A stretch of DNA of 64,000 nt, taken from the NCBI GenBank assembly GCA_037133555.1, contig JBAXNW010000012.1:4906-68905 (forward strand). The letters run 5' to 3'. Made by a program: the position numbers and the translations under genes. The notes under the pieces are model-generated. The model searched no databases, was not told the origin of the DNA, and saw only the letters and a list, made by a program, of their open reading frames with translations. Every line of letters starts with the position of its first letter. Position 1 is the first letter of the stretch. Shown piece by piece: positions 46,653 through 56,848 of the stretch. This DNA is from Bacteroidota bacterium (lineage in GTDB: Bacteria; Bacteroidota; Bacteroidia; Bacteroidales; JACABE01).

Positions 46653-47657
46653 ATGACAAAGATTTCGTCTTCTCACTTTAAGAAGTTGATTTTCTGTATT
46701 ATTACAAGCGTATTTGCTTCGAATTTAGCAGTAGCTCAAGACCCTGCTTTTTCGCAATTTTATGCAAATCCCTTGTATTTGAATCCAGCATTTGCTGGTT
46801 CGGTAGTCTGTCCAAGATTAATAATGAATTACAGAAATCAATGGCCTTCGATATCAGGAACCTTTGTTACCTACAATGCATCCTACGATCAGTATATCAG
46901 TAAAATATCTGGTGGTATCGGCATTTTAGTTAACTCAGATAGAGCTGGTGAGGGAACAATTTCCACAAATTCATTCAGTGGTATTTATTCGTATCGATTG
47001 GAAGTAAGTCGTACTTTCTCCATCAATGCAGCCTTACAGGCAACTTTTGTTGACAGGAGACTTGCTTGGGAAAAATTGACTTTCGGTGATCAGATTGATC
47101 CTAAATTTGGCTTTGTGAATATTACCGCTGAAACGCAACCAGGTAAACTTACTAAAAACTACTTGGATTTTTCAACCGGGATTATTGGTTATAGTGAAAA
47201 TTTTTATGCTGGTGTTGCCATCAGTCATCTTACCGAACCTGAAGAAGGATTTATTACAATTCACAAGTTGCCTATGAAATTTACAGCTCATGCCGGTGCA
47301 GTTATTGATTTGCAAAAAAGAAAACATAAAACAAGATCTTTGGAAGATTTAACAATTTCTCCTAATATTTTATACCAACAACAGTTACATTTTAACCAAT
47401 TAAACTATGGATTTTATGTAAATTGGTCACCATTTGTTAGTGGTATCTGGTATCGTCAGAATTTTCAAAATTCCGATGCCGTCATATTTTTAGTAGGGAT
47501 TCAACAGAGCAGTTTTAAAATAGGATATAGTTACGATTTAACCGTTTCTAAATTAACAAATATCACTGGCGGAGCGCACGAAATTTCGTTTGCTATGCAA
47601 TTCAGGTGTCCAACTGTTAAAAAAAGGATTAGAACAATAAATTGTCCTACATTTTAG
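46653..47657 (+). CDS. porP: PorP/SprF-family T9SS membrane protein
   Basis: 334 aa with the family-defining N-terminus AQDPAFSQFYANPLYLNPAFAG and the C-terminal ..GGAHEISF pattern. Confidence 0.8.
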   Translation: MTKISSSHFKKLIFCIITSVFASNLAVAQDPAFSQFYANPLYLNPAFAGSVVCPRLIMNYRNQWPSISGTFVTYNASYDQYISKISGGIGILVNSDRAGEGTISTNSFSGIYSYRLEVSRTFSINAALQATFVDRRLAWEKLTFGDQIDPKFGFVNITAETQPGKLTKNYLDFSTGIIGYSENFYAGVAISHLTEPEEGFITIHKLPMKFTAHAGAVIDLQKRKHKTRSLEDLTISPNILYQQQLHFNQLNYGFYVNWSPFVSGIWYRQNFQNSDAVIFLVGIQQSSFKIGYSYDLTVSKLTNITGGAHEISFAMQFRCPTVKKRIRTINCPTF

Positions 47658-47697
47658 TTATTAATAATTCAGTAAGTATAATCACAATTTTATAAAT

Positions 47698-49185
47698 ATG
47701 ATTAAGAACAATCAAAACATCATGGGCAGATTAAGTAAATTCGCTATTTTATTAATTTTGCTTTCTGCATGTAGTCATAAATCTCAGCAATCTTCTACTA
47801 CCGGCTGGGATTATAATAATCCAGAAAATGGCGGATTTGAAGTAACCGATAACATTGAACAAGCAACAGGACCCGGTCTTGTTTTTGTTGAAGGTGGTAC
47901 TTTTGTTATGGGCAGAACTGAGCAAGACGTAATGACCGATTGGAACAATATTCCACGAAGAGTTACGGTAAGCTCATTTTATATGGATGAAACAGAAATT
48001 CGCAATGTAGACTACCTGGAATATCTATACTGGTTAGGTAGAGTTTACGGTACCGATTTTCCTGAAGTAGTTAAAAAAGCACAACCTGATCAATTAGTAT
48101 GGCGGAATGAGCTTTCTTATAATGAAGACATTTCTGAGTTTTATTTACATCATCCTGCTTATAAAGATTATCCTGTTGTAGGTGTAAACTGGATACAGGC
48201 AAATGACTACTGTGCATGGAGAACCGATCGCGTAAATGAAGATATTCTTGTTCAGTTGGGTATATTAGAAATTAATCCTGATCAAACCAACGAAAATAAT
48301 TTTAATACAGATGCCTATCTAGCCGGACAATACGAAGGTCTTGTAAGAGAAGATTTAGAAGATTTAAATCCTTCTGGTTCTGGTACGCGTAAAGTTAGAA
48401 TGGAAGATAATATTCTATTGCCAAAATACAGACTCCCAACCGAAGCTGAATGGGAATATGCCGCTTTAGGTTTAATTGGTAATACAATGTACGAAAGAGT
48501 TATTGAAAGAAGAATATATCCTTGGAACGGACATCTTACACGTACCGACGATAAAAATGCCTATGGCGAAATGGTTGCCAATTTCAGAAGAGGAAGAGGT
48601 GATTATATGGGTGTTGCCGGTAACTTAAACGATGGTGCTGATCATACTTCTCAGGTTTACTCTTTCTGGCCCAATGATTATGGCTTATACAATATGGCCG
48701 GTAATGTATCTGAATGGGTGATGGATGTTTATCGTCCTTTATCACACGAGGATATGACAGATTTAAACCCATACAGAGGAAATGTATATAAAAAGAAAAG
48801 CATTGATTCTGATGGAATGGTTAAAGAAAAAGATAGTCTAGGTAGAATCGTTTATGAAAACGTTACTGTAGAAGAAAATGTAAATAGAAGAAATTATCGT
48901 AAAGCCAACAACATCAATTACCTTGACGGTGACTACTCAACGGTATTGGTCAACGATTGGGCTACAGAGCAAGCAAATGAAAATACTACTAAATTGATGT
49001 ATGAATATGCTGTTTCATCTATGGTTAACGATGAAGCAAGGGTTTATAAAGGTGGTTCATGGAAAGACAAAGCTTATTATCTGAGTCCAGGTTCCAGAAG
49101 ATTTTTAGATCAAAATCAGTCAACTGATAATATTGGATTTAGGTGTGCAATGACGAGAGTTGGGTCACCATTCCTTGGGAAATAA
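47698..49185 (+). CDS. gldJ: gliding-motility / T9SS lipoprotein GldJ (FGE-sulfatase fold, GldK/PorK paralogue)
   Basis: Lipobox LLSAC, then STTGWDYNNPENGGFEV and SUMF1-like segments (PVVGVNW..A..YC.WR; RLPTEAEWEYAA; GFRCA). The porV-porU-gldJ neighbourhood matches what I recall from Flavobacterium johnsoniae. Confidence 0.75.
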   Translation: MIKNNQNIMGRLSKFAILLILLSACSHKSQQSSTTGWDYNNPENGGFEVTDNIEQATGPGLVFVEGGTFVMGRTEQDVMTDWNNIPRRVTVSSFYMDETEIRNVDYLEYLYWLGRVYGTDFPEVVKKAQPDQLVWRNELSYNEDISEFYLHHPAYKDYPVVGVNWIQANDYCAWRTDRVNEDILVQLGILEINPDQTNENNFNTDAYLAGQYEGLVREDLEDLNPSGSGTRKVRMEDNILLPKYRLPTEAEWEYAALGLIGNTMYERVIERRIYPWNGHLTRTDDKNAYGEMVANFRRGRGDYMGVAGNLNDGADHTSQVYSFWPNDYGLYNMAGNVSEWVMDVYRPLSHEDMTDLNPYRGNVYKKKSIDSDGMVKEKDSLGRIVYENVTVEENVNRRNYRKANNINYLDGDYSTVLVNDWATEQANENTTKLMYEYAVSSMVNDEARVYKGGSWKDKAYYLSPGSRRFLDQNQSTDNIGFRCAMTRVGSPFLGK

Positions 49186-49203
49186 TTTTACACAATTATT
49201 TGC

Positions 49204-49240
49204 AAACCCCATTTACAGCAATGTAGATGGGGTTTTCAGT
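49204..49240 (+). terminator. rho-independent terminator after gldJ
   Basis: A 9-bp stem (aaaccccat 49204-49212 / atggggttt 49227-49235) is followed by tcagttt. The track's murF start codon (49227) sits inside the stem. Confidence 0.55.
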
Positions 49241-49256
49241 TTATAAAAATTCAATC

Positions 49257-50546
49257 ATGGATATAGAAGAAATTTACAAAATTTTTAAAATATATTCCCA
49301 CATTTCAACCGATACGAGAAAGATAATTCCTTCTTCTATTTTTTTTGCTTTGAAAGGTGATAATTTTGATGGTAATGCGTTTGCTGAACAAGCTATTAAA
49401 GAAGGTGCAGCTTATGCCATCATTGATGATGAAAAATATAAAAAGGATGATCAATATATTCTTGTTGATAATGTGTTGGAAACCCTGCAACAGCTTGCTA
49501 TTTATCACAGGGAAACTTTAAAAATTCCAATTATTGGAATTACAGGGACGAATGGCAAAACAACCACAAAAGAACTTTTGAATGCAGTTTTGTCATCTAA
49601 ATATAAGACGCTGGCAACTTCTGGGAATCTGAACAATCATATTGGCGTACCCCTGACGATACTTCAAGTTAACAGCAAACATGAAATAGCTATTATTGAA
49701 ATGGGAGCCAACCACATTGGTGAAATTGGCGAACTTTGTAAAATAGCTCAACCCGATTATGGCATCATTACAAATATAGGGAAAGCACATCTCGAAGGTT
49801 TTGGTGGAATACAAGGAATCATAAAAACAAAATATGAATTGTACAAAGCTGTTCAAGAAAAAAATGGAAAAACCTTTGTAAATATCGACCATGAAATCTT
49901 AGCTGATTTATCAGACGGTATCGACAAGATTACTTATGGCAGCAACAAAAATACTTATTGCACAGGCGAACTTATGGAAGCAAATCCTTATGTGAGCATT
50001 CAATATTCCTGTAATGGGCTGAGTGATGTGATTCAAACACAATTGGTTGGAAAGTATAATTTCGAAAATATATTGGCAGCCATTTGTATAGCTGTTTTTT
50101 TTAAAGTCGAAAAAGAAGCTGTTAAGCAAGCTATTGAAAGTTATCAACCAACTAACAACCGTTCTCAGGTATTAAAAACAAAAAGCAATACCATTATTTT
50201 AGATGCTTACAATGCAAACCCAACAAGCTTGGAAGCTGCAATTCTAAATTTTGCAGAAATACAAGCTCAGGATAAAGTTCTGATTATTGGTGATATGCTT
50301 GAACTAGGGGCGTATAGTAAAGCTGAACACATCAAGATAATTGAAATACTTGAAAAAGAAAATTTTAAACAAATAGTATTAATTGGAAGTGTGTTCTTTG
50401 CATTATGCACACACCCTGATTGGAACTGTTTTCCTGATTCAGAAATGGCAAAAAAATGGTTGCTGTTAAACCCCATTTCCAATGCATATATTCTGGTAAA
50501 GGGTTCTAGAGGCATTCAACTCGAAAAATTGCTGGAAGCTTTATAA
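49257..50546 (+). CDS. murF: UDP-N-acetylmuramoyl-tripeptide--D-alanyl-D-alanine ligase
   Basis: Mur ligase motifs are present: DTRKI.P...FFALKG.NFDGN.F, GITGTNGKTTTKE and DAYNANP.S. The start was set at MDIEEIYK (49257). Confidence 0.85.
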   Translation: MDIEEIYKIFKIYSHISTDTRKIIPSSIFFALKGDNFDGNAFAEQAIKEGAAYAIIDDEKYKKDDQYILVDNVLETLQQLAIYHRETLKIPIIGITGTNGKTTTKELLNAVLSSKYKTLATSGNLNNHIGVPLTILQVNSKHEIAIIEMGANHIGEIGELCKIAQPDYGIITNIGKAHLEGFGGIQGIIKTKYELYKAVQEKNGKTFVNIDHEILADLSDGIDKITYGSNKNTYCTGELMEANPYVSIQYSCNGLSDVIQTQLVGKYNFENILAAICIAVFFKVEKEAVKQAIESYQPTNNRSQVLKTKSNTIILDAYNANPTSLEAAILNFAEIQAQDKVLIIGDMLELGAYSKAEHIKIIEILEKENFKQIVLIGSVFFALCTHPDWNCFPDSEMAKKWLLLNPISNAYILVKGSRGIQLEKLLEAL

Positions 50547-50556
50547 AAAATACAAA

Positions 50557-51621
50557 ATGAATACATCCTACAAAGTTATTGGATTAATGTCAGGGACTTC
50601 ACTCGATGGTCTGGATATTGCTTATTGTAGCTTTATAAATGAAGAAAATAAATGGTCTTTTAAGATCGAAAAAGCCAGTTGTATACCTTATACAACTGAA
50701 TGGATACAGAAGTTATCAAAGGCTGATCAGCTTTCTACTATTGAATATTTAAATTTGCACAATGAATATGGGTATTTTTTAGGTAAAGCTTGTAAGGAAT
50801 TTATTGAAAAACATAATATAAAGGTAGATTTTATTGCTTCACATGGGCATACTGTATTTCATCAGCCTTCTAAGCATATAACTGCTCAGATTGGAAGTGG
50901 TGATTGCATCGCAGCAGAGAGTGGCCAAAACGTCATCAGCGATTTTAGAACGATGGATGTTGCCTTGGGAGGTCAAGGCGCACCATTGGTCCCAATTGGC
51001 GATAGTTTGCTTTTTGCCGATTTTGACTATTGTATAAATATGGGAGGTTTCGCAAATCTTTCTTATCAATTGAAGAATGATAGAATTGCTTATGATATCT
51101 GTCCTGTGAATATTATTTTGAATTCCTTCGCTCAGGAAATTGGCTTTGCATATGATGATAAAGGGAATTTGGCAGAAAAAGGTAAGGTCGAACAAAGTCT
51201 GTTGGATGAGTTAGAAAATATAAGCTTTTATCAACTCAGCCATCCAAAATCGCTCGGAAAAGAATATGTAATAAAAGAATTCTTGCCAATTATTTCTAAA
51301 TATGAAGTTAGTCCTTTTGATAAGTTAAGAACATTATCAGAACATATCGTTTCTCAGTTATTAAAAGCTACAGCTAATCAAAAGAAATCTAAACTTCTGT
51401 TCACAGGAGGAGGCGTTTACAACGATTTTATTATGGGCCAGCTGAAATCAAAATCAATTCACTCTATACATATTCCTGAAAAAACTATCATTGACTATAA
51501 AGAAGCCTTGATATTTGCTTTCCTCGGTGTTTTGAGGTTGAGGGGTGAAATTAACTGCTTAAAATCTGTTACTGGAGCTAGCAGAAACAATATAGGTGGA
51601 AAAATTATATTGGCAACCTAG
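50557..51621 (+). CDS. anmK: anhydro-N-acetylmuramic acid kinase
   Basis: 354 aa with VIGLMSGTSLDGLDIA, SHGHTVFHQP, ...DFR..D.ALGGQGAPLVP and GG.YN. Confidence 0.85.
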   Translation: MNTSYKVIGLMSGTSLDGLDIAYCSFINEENKWSFKIEKASCIPYTTEWIQKLSKADQLSTIEYLNLHNEYGYFLGKACKEFIEKHNIKVDFIASHGHTVFHQPSKHITAQIGSGDCIAAESGQNVISDFRTMDVALGGQGAPLVPIGDSLLFADFDYCINMGGFANLSYQLKNDRIAYDICPVNIILNSFAQEIGFAYDDKGNLAEKGKVEQSLLDELENISFYQLSHPKSLGKEYVIKEFLPIISKYEVSPFDKLRTLSEHIVSQLLKATANQKKSKLLFTGGGVYNDFIMGQLKSKSIHSIHIPEKTIIDYKEALIFAFLGVLRLRGEINCLKSVTGASRNNIGGKIILAT

Positions 51622-51668
51622 TTTTTTTTCATAGGTTCGTTTTGCTCATTTAAATTTAAAATGTAAAA

Positions 51669-53081
51669 TTGAAAGAAGAAACACGGTATTTTAAGATTCT
51701 CCTGATTTTAGTTTTAGTTGTCATTTTGCCTGTAGTGGCTTTTGCCAGTGGGTCTGCAAGCCAGTCTCCTGCAGTACTCGGCATTCGTGTTGAATTCATA
51801 TTGTTTGCCTTAACATTATTGGGCGTAGCCTTGTTTTTTCGTCATACGTTGAAAGTTGCTTTAATCGGATTGGCTTGTATATTGATTTTTAAGTATAATT
51901 TTACCGATGGGTTTAGTCTTTTAACACATTTGTTTGGACAAAACTCTATGGTTGAGCAAATTATCCATAAAGGAATGCGTGAGGGAGAATGGACTATTTT
52001 AATCAATCTATTCGGTCTGTTAACAGGATTTGCTGTATTGGCTAAACATTTTGAAGAATCGGGCCTTCCCGATTTGCTCCCTAAATATCTTCCTGATGAT
52101 TGGAAAGGCCCCTGGTTGTTGTTGGTTTTTGTTTTTGTGCTTTCTTCATTCTTAGATAATATTGCTGCTGCAATGATTGGTGGTACGATTGCTTTGATAA
52201 TTTTTAAAGCAAAGGTTCATATCGGTTATATTGTAGCTTTGGTTGCAGCAAGCAATGCAGGTGGTTCAGGAAGTGTAGTAGGCGATACAACTACCACCAT
52301 GATGTGGATTGATGGTGTTGCGGCCATTAATGTTTTTCATGCTTATGTTGCAGCCTTGGTAGCTTTGTTTGCATTTTCAATTTTTGCTTCTTTCCAGCAG
52401 GATAAGTTCCAACGTATACAAAAAGATGCAACTCCAGGACTTAAAGTTGACAGGATGCGATTATGTATAGTCTTTTTGATTTTATTGTTAACCATTGCAA
52501 CCAATGTATTGTTCGATATGCCAGCAATAGGAGTGTGGTTAGCCATTTTGACAGGGTCTGTTTTTAGAAAAACACCCTGGGGCGAAGCTCGTTCTGCAAT
52601 CAATGGGTCATTTTTCTTGCTTGCCCTGGTCAGTTGTGCTTCATTGATGCCTGTGGAACAACTGCCTGATGCCAGCTGGCAGACGGCCTTTTCTTTAGGA
52701 CTCATCTCTGCTATCTTTGATAATATTCCATTAACCAAACTTGCCTTGGATCAAGGGCATTATGATTGGGGATTCTTGGCCTATGCTGTTGGGTTTGGTG
52801 GTTCAATGATTTGGTTTGGTTCATCTGCAGGTGTTGCTATCACCAATAAATTTCCAGAAGCCCGCAATATTGGCTTATGGTTAAGGAAAGGATGGCACGT
52901 TGTGCTTGCCTATGTGCTTGGATTCTTTGCTCTTTTTTTCTTAATAGGATGGGAAGCTGAAAGTAACAATGAACATATAGAACCTGTCATAAATTGTAAG
53001 GCCGATAAATGTAACGCAAGAGAGCTTTCCAAAGCAATTGAAATCCTCAATTTTCATCATGATTCCATTGCTCATCAATAA
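51669..53081 (+). CDS. ArsB/NhaD-superfamily ion transporter (citrate-transporter-like permease)
   Basis: 470 aa and polytopic, with repeated ..FLDNIAAAMIGG.. and ..SAIFDNIPLT.. motifs. There is no in-frame ATG near the 5' end, so the TTG start at 51669 is provisional. Confidence 0.6.
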   Translation: MKEETRYFKILLILVLVVILPVVAFASGSASQSPAVLGIRVEFILFALTLLGVALFFRHTLKVALIGLACILIFKYNFTDGFSLLTHLFGQNSMVEQIIHKGMREGEWTILINLFGLLTGFAVLAKHFEESGLPDLLPKYLPDDWKGPWLLLVFVFVLSSFLDNIAAAMIGGTIALIIFKAKVHIGYIVALVAASNAGGSGSVVGDTTTTMMWIDGVAAINVFHAYVAALVALFAFSIFASFQQDKFQRIQKDATPGLKVDRMRLCIVFLILLLTIATNVLFDMPAIGVWLAILTGSVFRKTPWGEARSAINGSFFLLALVSCASLMPVEQLPDASWQTAFSLGLISAIFDNIPLTKLALDQGHYDWGFLAYAVGFGGSMIWFGSSAGVAITNKFPEARNIGLWLRKGWHVVLAYVLGFFALFFLIGWEAESNNEHIEPVINCKADKCNARELSKAIEILNFHHDSIAHQ

Positions 53082-53141
53082 TTCCATTAAGAAAACTCAA
53101 TTCAAAGGAATAAAATTGGTAGTTGTAGGTATTTTTCTTTT

Positions 53142-54893
53142 TTAAAAAATCTTTCCAACAGGATAAACATTTAAATGACTATCCCAATAAGGTGTTTTGC
53201 TGTAAAACCAGTTGAGTATGGCACGTGGGCTGTTGGCAAATTCGGGCTCTGCGATTTTCTTTTGATCAAATTCCATTTTAAGCTTTGCATCTTTTTTTAA
53301 CATCTCCCTGGCCATGGTTTCTATTACGTAGGATTCAGCATACTCTTTCTGTTCTAATACCGTGTTAAAAAAGCCCCAGAAAAACAAAGAACCACTAGCC
53401 TTGGGCTCCAATAAATAAGCAATAATACGGGCTGCTGGCTGATTCATGTCTATCATCACTGAGCCGACAGGATAAGTGCGGTCTTCTTGAATACTGTCCA
53501 TGTTAAAACTAATCAGTTGGTGTCTGCCTTCGTTGGTAGTGGTCTGCCATTTTGGATTTTTGAATTTGTAGGATTGAACTAATAATGTTAAAGGTGTTGT
53601 TATGGTTTTTAATTTTATACCATGTAATTTTAAAATGTTAATCACATCCAACCATTCCGGAGGTAAAATATAAGCTTTGGGTAAAAATACCTTTTCGGTT
53701 GTTTTTATTTCATTGAAATAAGGAACCTTAAAAGTCAGAGGTTTGCTGTTGTCATATCTAAACCAATCTCCTCCTGAAATATCACTTTTTTCAATACTGT
53801 AATCAACACCTAAAAAATCTATCAGGCTGCTGTCCTTTTGAGAAGCTTCAAAATTTATTCCAAATGCGGTTTCTCTGAATTTTTTACTGGCCGTTCTTTG
53901 ATCGGCTTCGGTAATGAGTTGTTTGAGCTGTTGATGTTCTTTATTGAGTAATAACAAAGTATTTTTTATCATTTGATATGTTGATTCAACTCTTGTTTTG
54001 TAGGGTTTCAGCATATGGGTTTCAATAAGCAATCCTGGGCGGTTGCGCTGAATGGTATATCCTTCTGATAGCATTGGAGGTGCTGAATTGCTTATCAGGC
54101 CGCTTCGGGGGTCGTGCCAGGTTCGGAAAGTTATATAAGGGAATATGGGTAAACCTTGTTGCGTCATCAATTGGGTAATAGGCTTGAGGTAATTTTCTTT
54201 CTGCCATTTAGCAAGGCCTTCATCTACATTTCCCTCGGTTTCTATGCCATAGGTAAGCACATATTGATAATCGGCACCATCGGTAGTATGACAATCGATA
54301 AAAAAGTCAGGCATAAAATGATTGAACATTTTTAACCAGTTTTTCATTTCCAAGGCATCGGCTTTGAGGAAATCACGGTTAAGGTTCAGGTTGTCGGCTG
54401 TGGTACGCCAGCCCATTTCTGTTGGTCCATTTTGATTGATACGGTTGTATTTGCCAAATCTTTCGTGACCATCCACATTGAAAATAGGGATAAACAATAC
54501 GGTGACATGGTTCAGTAAATCCGTCATCTTTTTATAGATGGCAATATCCCTGAAAAGCATAAGGCAGGCATCCTTGCCATCAGGTTCGCCTGCATGAACG
54601 GCTGCTTGTATCAGAATTATCAGATTTCCTGATTTACGAATTGCTTCAGGAGTAAAGTTGCCCTTCCTATCCAGTATCAATAAGGGTAAATCCCGTCCTT
54701 GCGGACTTTTTCCAAACGTAGTATATTTTATCCAGTCAGCAGCTTTATCGATGCTTTTACAGTAAGCAATCGTTGAATCGTAACGGGGTGTTTCCTTATA
54801 TCCTGATTTTTCGTAATAGGTGCTGAAGTTTTTTGTTTGTGAAAAACAAGAGAAGGAGAGGAGTAAGAGGCTGAAAAAAAGGTGCTTTCTCAT
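53142..54893 (-). CDS. M14-family zinc carboxypeptidase-like secreted protein
   Basis: 583 aa with a signal peptide, a zinc ligand context IQAAVHAGEPDGKDA (HxxE) and NLNRDF. The long C-terminal extension is uncharacterised. Confidence 0.7.
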   Translation of the reverse strand: MRKHLFFSLLLLSFSCFSQTKNFSTYYEKSGYKETPRYDSTIAYCKSIDKAADWIKYTTFGKSPQGRDLPLLILDRKGNFTPEAIRKSGNLIILIQAAVHAGEPDGKDACLMLFRDIAIYKKMTDLLNHVTVLFIPIFNVDGHERFGKYNRINQNGPTEMGWRTTADNLNLNRDFLKADALEMKNWLKMFNHFMPDFFIDCHTTDGADYQYVLTYGIETEGNVDEGLAKWQKENYLKPITQLMTQQGLPIFPYITFRTWHDPRSGLISNSAPPMLSEGYTIQRNRPGLLIETHMLKPYKTRVESTYQMIKNTLLLLNKEHQQLKQLITEADQRTASKKFRETAFGINFEASQKDSSLIDFLGVDYSIEKSDISGGDWFRYDNSKPLTFKVPYFNEIKTTEKVFLPKAYILPPEWLDVINILKLHGIKLKTITTPLTLLVQSYKFKNPKWQTTTNEGRHQLISFNMDSIQEDRTYPVGSVMIDMNQPAARIIAYLLEPKASGSLFFWGFFNTVLEQKEYAESYVIETMAREMLKKDAKLKMEFDQKKIAEPEFANSPRAILNWFYSKTPYWDSHLNVYPVGKIF

Positions 54894-54983
54894 TTTTAGT
54901 TTATTAAAAAAATAAAGTTAAAATACTTGGTAAAAATAATAAAATTCTCATCTTTGCAACAATATTTTAAAGTGTTTATTTCA

Positions 54984-55826
54984 ATGGAAATTTTTACAAC
55001 GATTGCAGCTTATCACGCATATCTTCAAACATTACAATCAGCAAATAAAAGCATAGGTTTTGTTCCAACAATGGGAGCGCTGCATCAGGGACATCTTGAC
55101 TTAGTAATAAGAGCTAAAGCTGAGAATGATGTTGTTGTAGTGAGTGTTTTTGTAAACCCGATACAGTTTAATAATAAGGAAGATTTGCTCAATTATCCAC
55201 GAACCCTTGAAAAGGATGCTATTTTATTGCAGAGTGTTGCATGTGATGTTGTTTTTGCACCCGACGAAAAGGAGATGTATCCGGAGCCCGATACTACTGT
55301 TTACGATTTTGGTCCTTTAGCCGAAGTGATGGAAGGCAAATTTCGCCCCGGCCACTTCAACGGTGTGGCAGTAGTCGTAAAAAGGCTTTTTGATATTATT
55401 CAACCTGTACAGGCTTATTTTGGAGAGAAAGATTATCAACAATTGCAGATTATAAAGTCCTTGGTGAAACAATGTAAACTTGCAGTTAAAATTATTCCTT
55501 GTCCGATAGTAAGAGAAGCCGATGGTTTGGCAATGAGTTCACGCAATATGCGTTTAACAGATGCAGAAAGAAAACTTGCTCCATTTATCTATCAAACTTT
55601 ACTTGAGGCAAAGAAAAAAGTTAGTCAGCTCAGTCCGGCTCAACTTAAAATACGGGTCATACAACAAATAGAAACAAATTCATCGTTTATGCCTGAATAC
55701 TTCGAAATTTCTGATGCTACTACTTTAATACCGCTAAAAGACTGGTCACAAAGTGAACATGCCATTGCTTGTATTGCCGTTTTTTTAGGAAGCGTTAGAT
55801 TGATTGATAATATTATTTTGAAGTAG
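54984..55826 (+). CDS. panC: pantoate--beta-alanine ligase
   Basis: GFVPTMGALHQGHL, VVSVFVNP.QF, RPGHF.GV..VV and FGEKDYQQ. The start was set at the first ATG (MEIFTT...); the track used TTG 54927. Confidence 0.9.
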   Translation: MEIFTTIAAYHAYLQTLQSANKSIGFVPTMGALHQGHLDLVIRAKAENDVVVVSVFVNPIQFNNKEDLLNYPRTLEKDAILLQSVACDVVFAPDEKEMYPEPDTTVYDFGPLAEVMEGKFRPGHFNGVAVVVKRLFDIIQPVQAYFGEKDYQQLQIIKSLVKQCKLAVKIIPCPIVREADGLAMSSRNMRLTDAERKLAPFIYQTLLEAKKKVSQLSPAQLKIRVIQQIETNSSFMPEYFEISDATTLIPLKDWSQSEHAIACIAVFLGSVRLIDNIILK

Positions 55827-55850
55827 GTGTACTTGGAAATATTGTATACA

Positions 55851-56627
55851 CTAATCGATGTTGAAAGCAACACCTAAATTATAATAAAATCCATAGCTTT
55901 TTACTTTAGGTGTAAAATCGACCTGTTTATATCTCCCCACTTCAACACAGTCTTTGCTTGATAAGTCTATTTTAAAAGGATCATCACTCTCATGTGTTAC
56001 ATCAATACTCATTAGTCCAAGGTAGGCGCCACCAATACCAATCTGTCCAATTAAGGAAAGATTCTTCTTAATTTTACATATCCCTGTACATCCTAACTGA
56101 TAAGCAACTCCATAAAGAGAAGCACTTAAATCGTCACCACTGTAATATGCTCCATTTTCAGTATTAACTACTGAAGAGGCACCGCTTACTGTAACTTTGC
56201 CCAATTCTATTTTGCTATAAGTAAAACCGAGCTTTGCTGTAGGACCGAAAGAGAAAATATTGGTCTTTATTACATTAAAAGTGCTGCCTGCAAAGATTAA
56301 AAAATTAAAAGAATTTCCAAAACTAAACTGAAGATCCAGCATAAAATCGAAGTCCCTGTTAATGGGTGCTGTCATACCAACGTTTAGACCCCAGTTAGGT
56401 AAAGAAAGACTATTATCGCTCAAAGGAATATGAGCCCTACTATCGTTAGGTGATGGATTTCTGAGATAATCACTTACATCAAAGGATAAAAAATTATACG
56501 CCGTATTTCGGGGAGTGTTTATAATGCCAATAAAAAATTTTTCACATTGTGAATCATTTGCATTGTTTTGTGCATTAGTTGCAAACACTGATAGTAATAA
56601 TGAAAAAAATAATATGAATCGTTTCAT
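55851..56627 (-). CDS. outer-membrane beta-barrel protein (porin-family-like)
   Basis: 258 aa with the signal peptide MKRFILFFSLLLSVFATNAQ, alternating beta-strand hydrophobicity and an aromatic C-terminal residue context (GVAFNID). There is no specific family call. Confidence 0.5.
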   Translation of the reverse strand: MKRFILFFSLLLSVFATNAQNNANDSQCEKFFIGIINTPRNTAYNFLSFDVSDYLRNPSPNDSRAHIPLSDNSLSLPNWGLNVGMTAPINRDFDFMLDLQFSFGNSFNFLIFAGSTFNVIKTNIFSFGPTAKLGFTYSKIELGKVTVSGASSVVNTENGAYYSGDDLSASLYGVAYQLGCTGICKIKKNLSLIGQIGIGGAYLGLMSIDVTHESDDPFKIDLSSKDCVEVGRYKQVDFTPKVKSYGFYYNLGVAFNID

Positions 56628-56848
56628 AGATATAAATTAAAAATGAATATATTCACCATCATTTGCTATATTGGAATAGGTGTAAAAATATCCTAATATT
56701 AAAAAATCCAACTTATTAGTATTATTTACTCTACGCTAGTCCTGAATTTCTGTTAAAGCAAACAAATTTATATAAAGTTTTTTCATAATTAATAGGTTAG
56801 CTGATTTTTTTTAGATAATTAAAAAAGCATTTAAGGCATCAATTAAGA

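Noticed and set aside
49227-49256. The track's upstream murF start (MGFSVYKNSI...).
   Set aside because: That ATG sits in the 3' arm of the gldJ terminator hairpin. The conserved MurF N-terminus begins at MDIEEIYK (49257).
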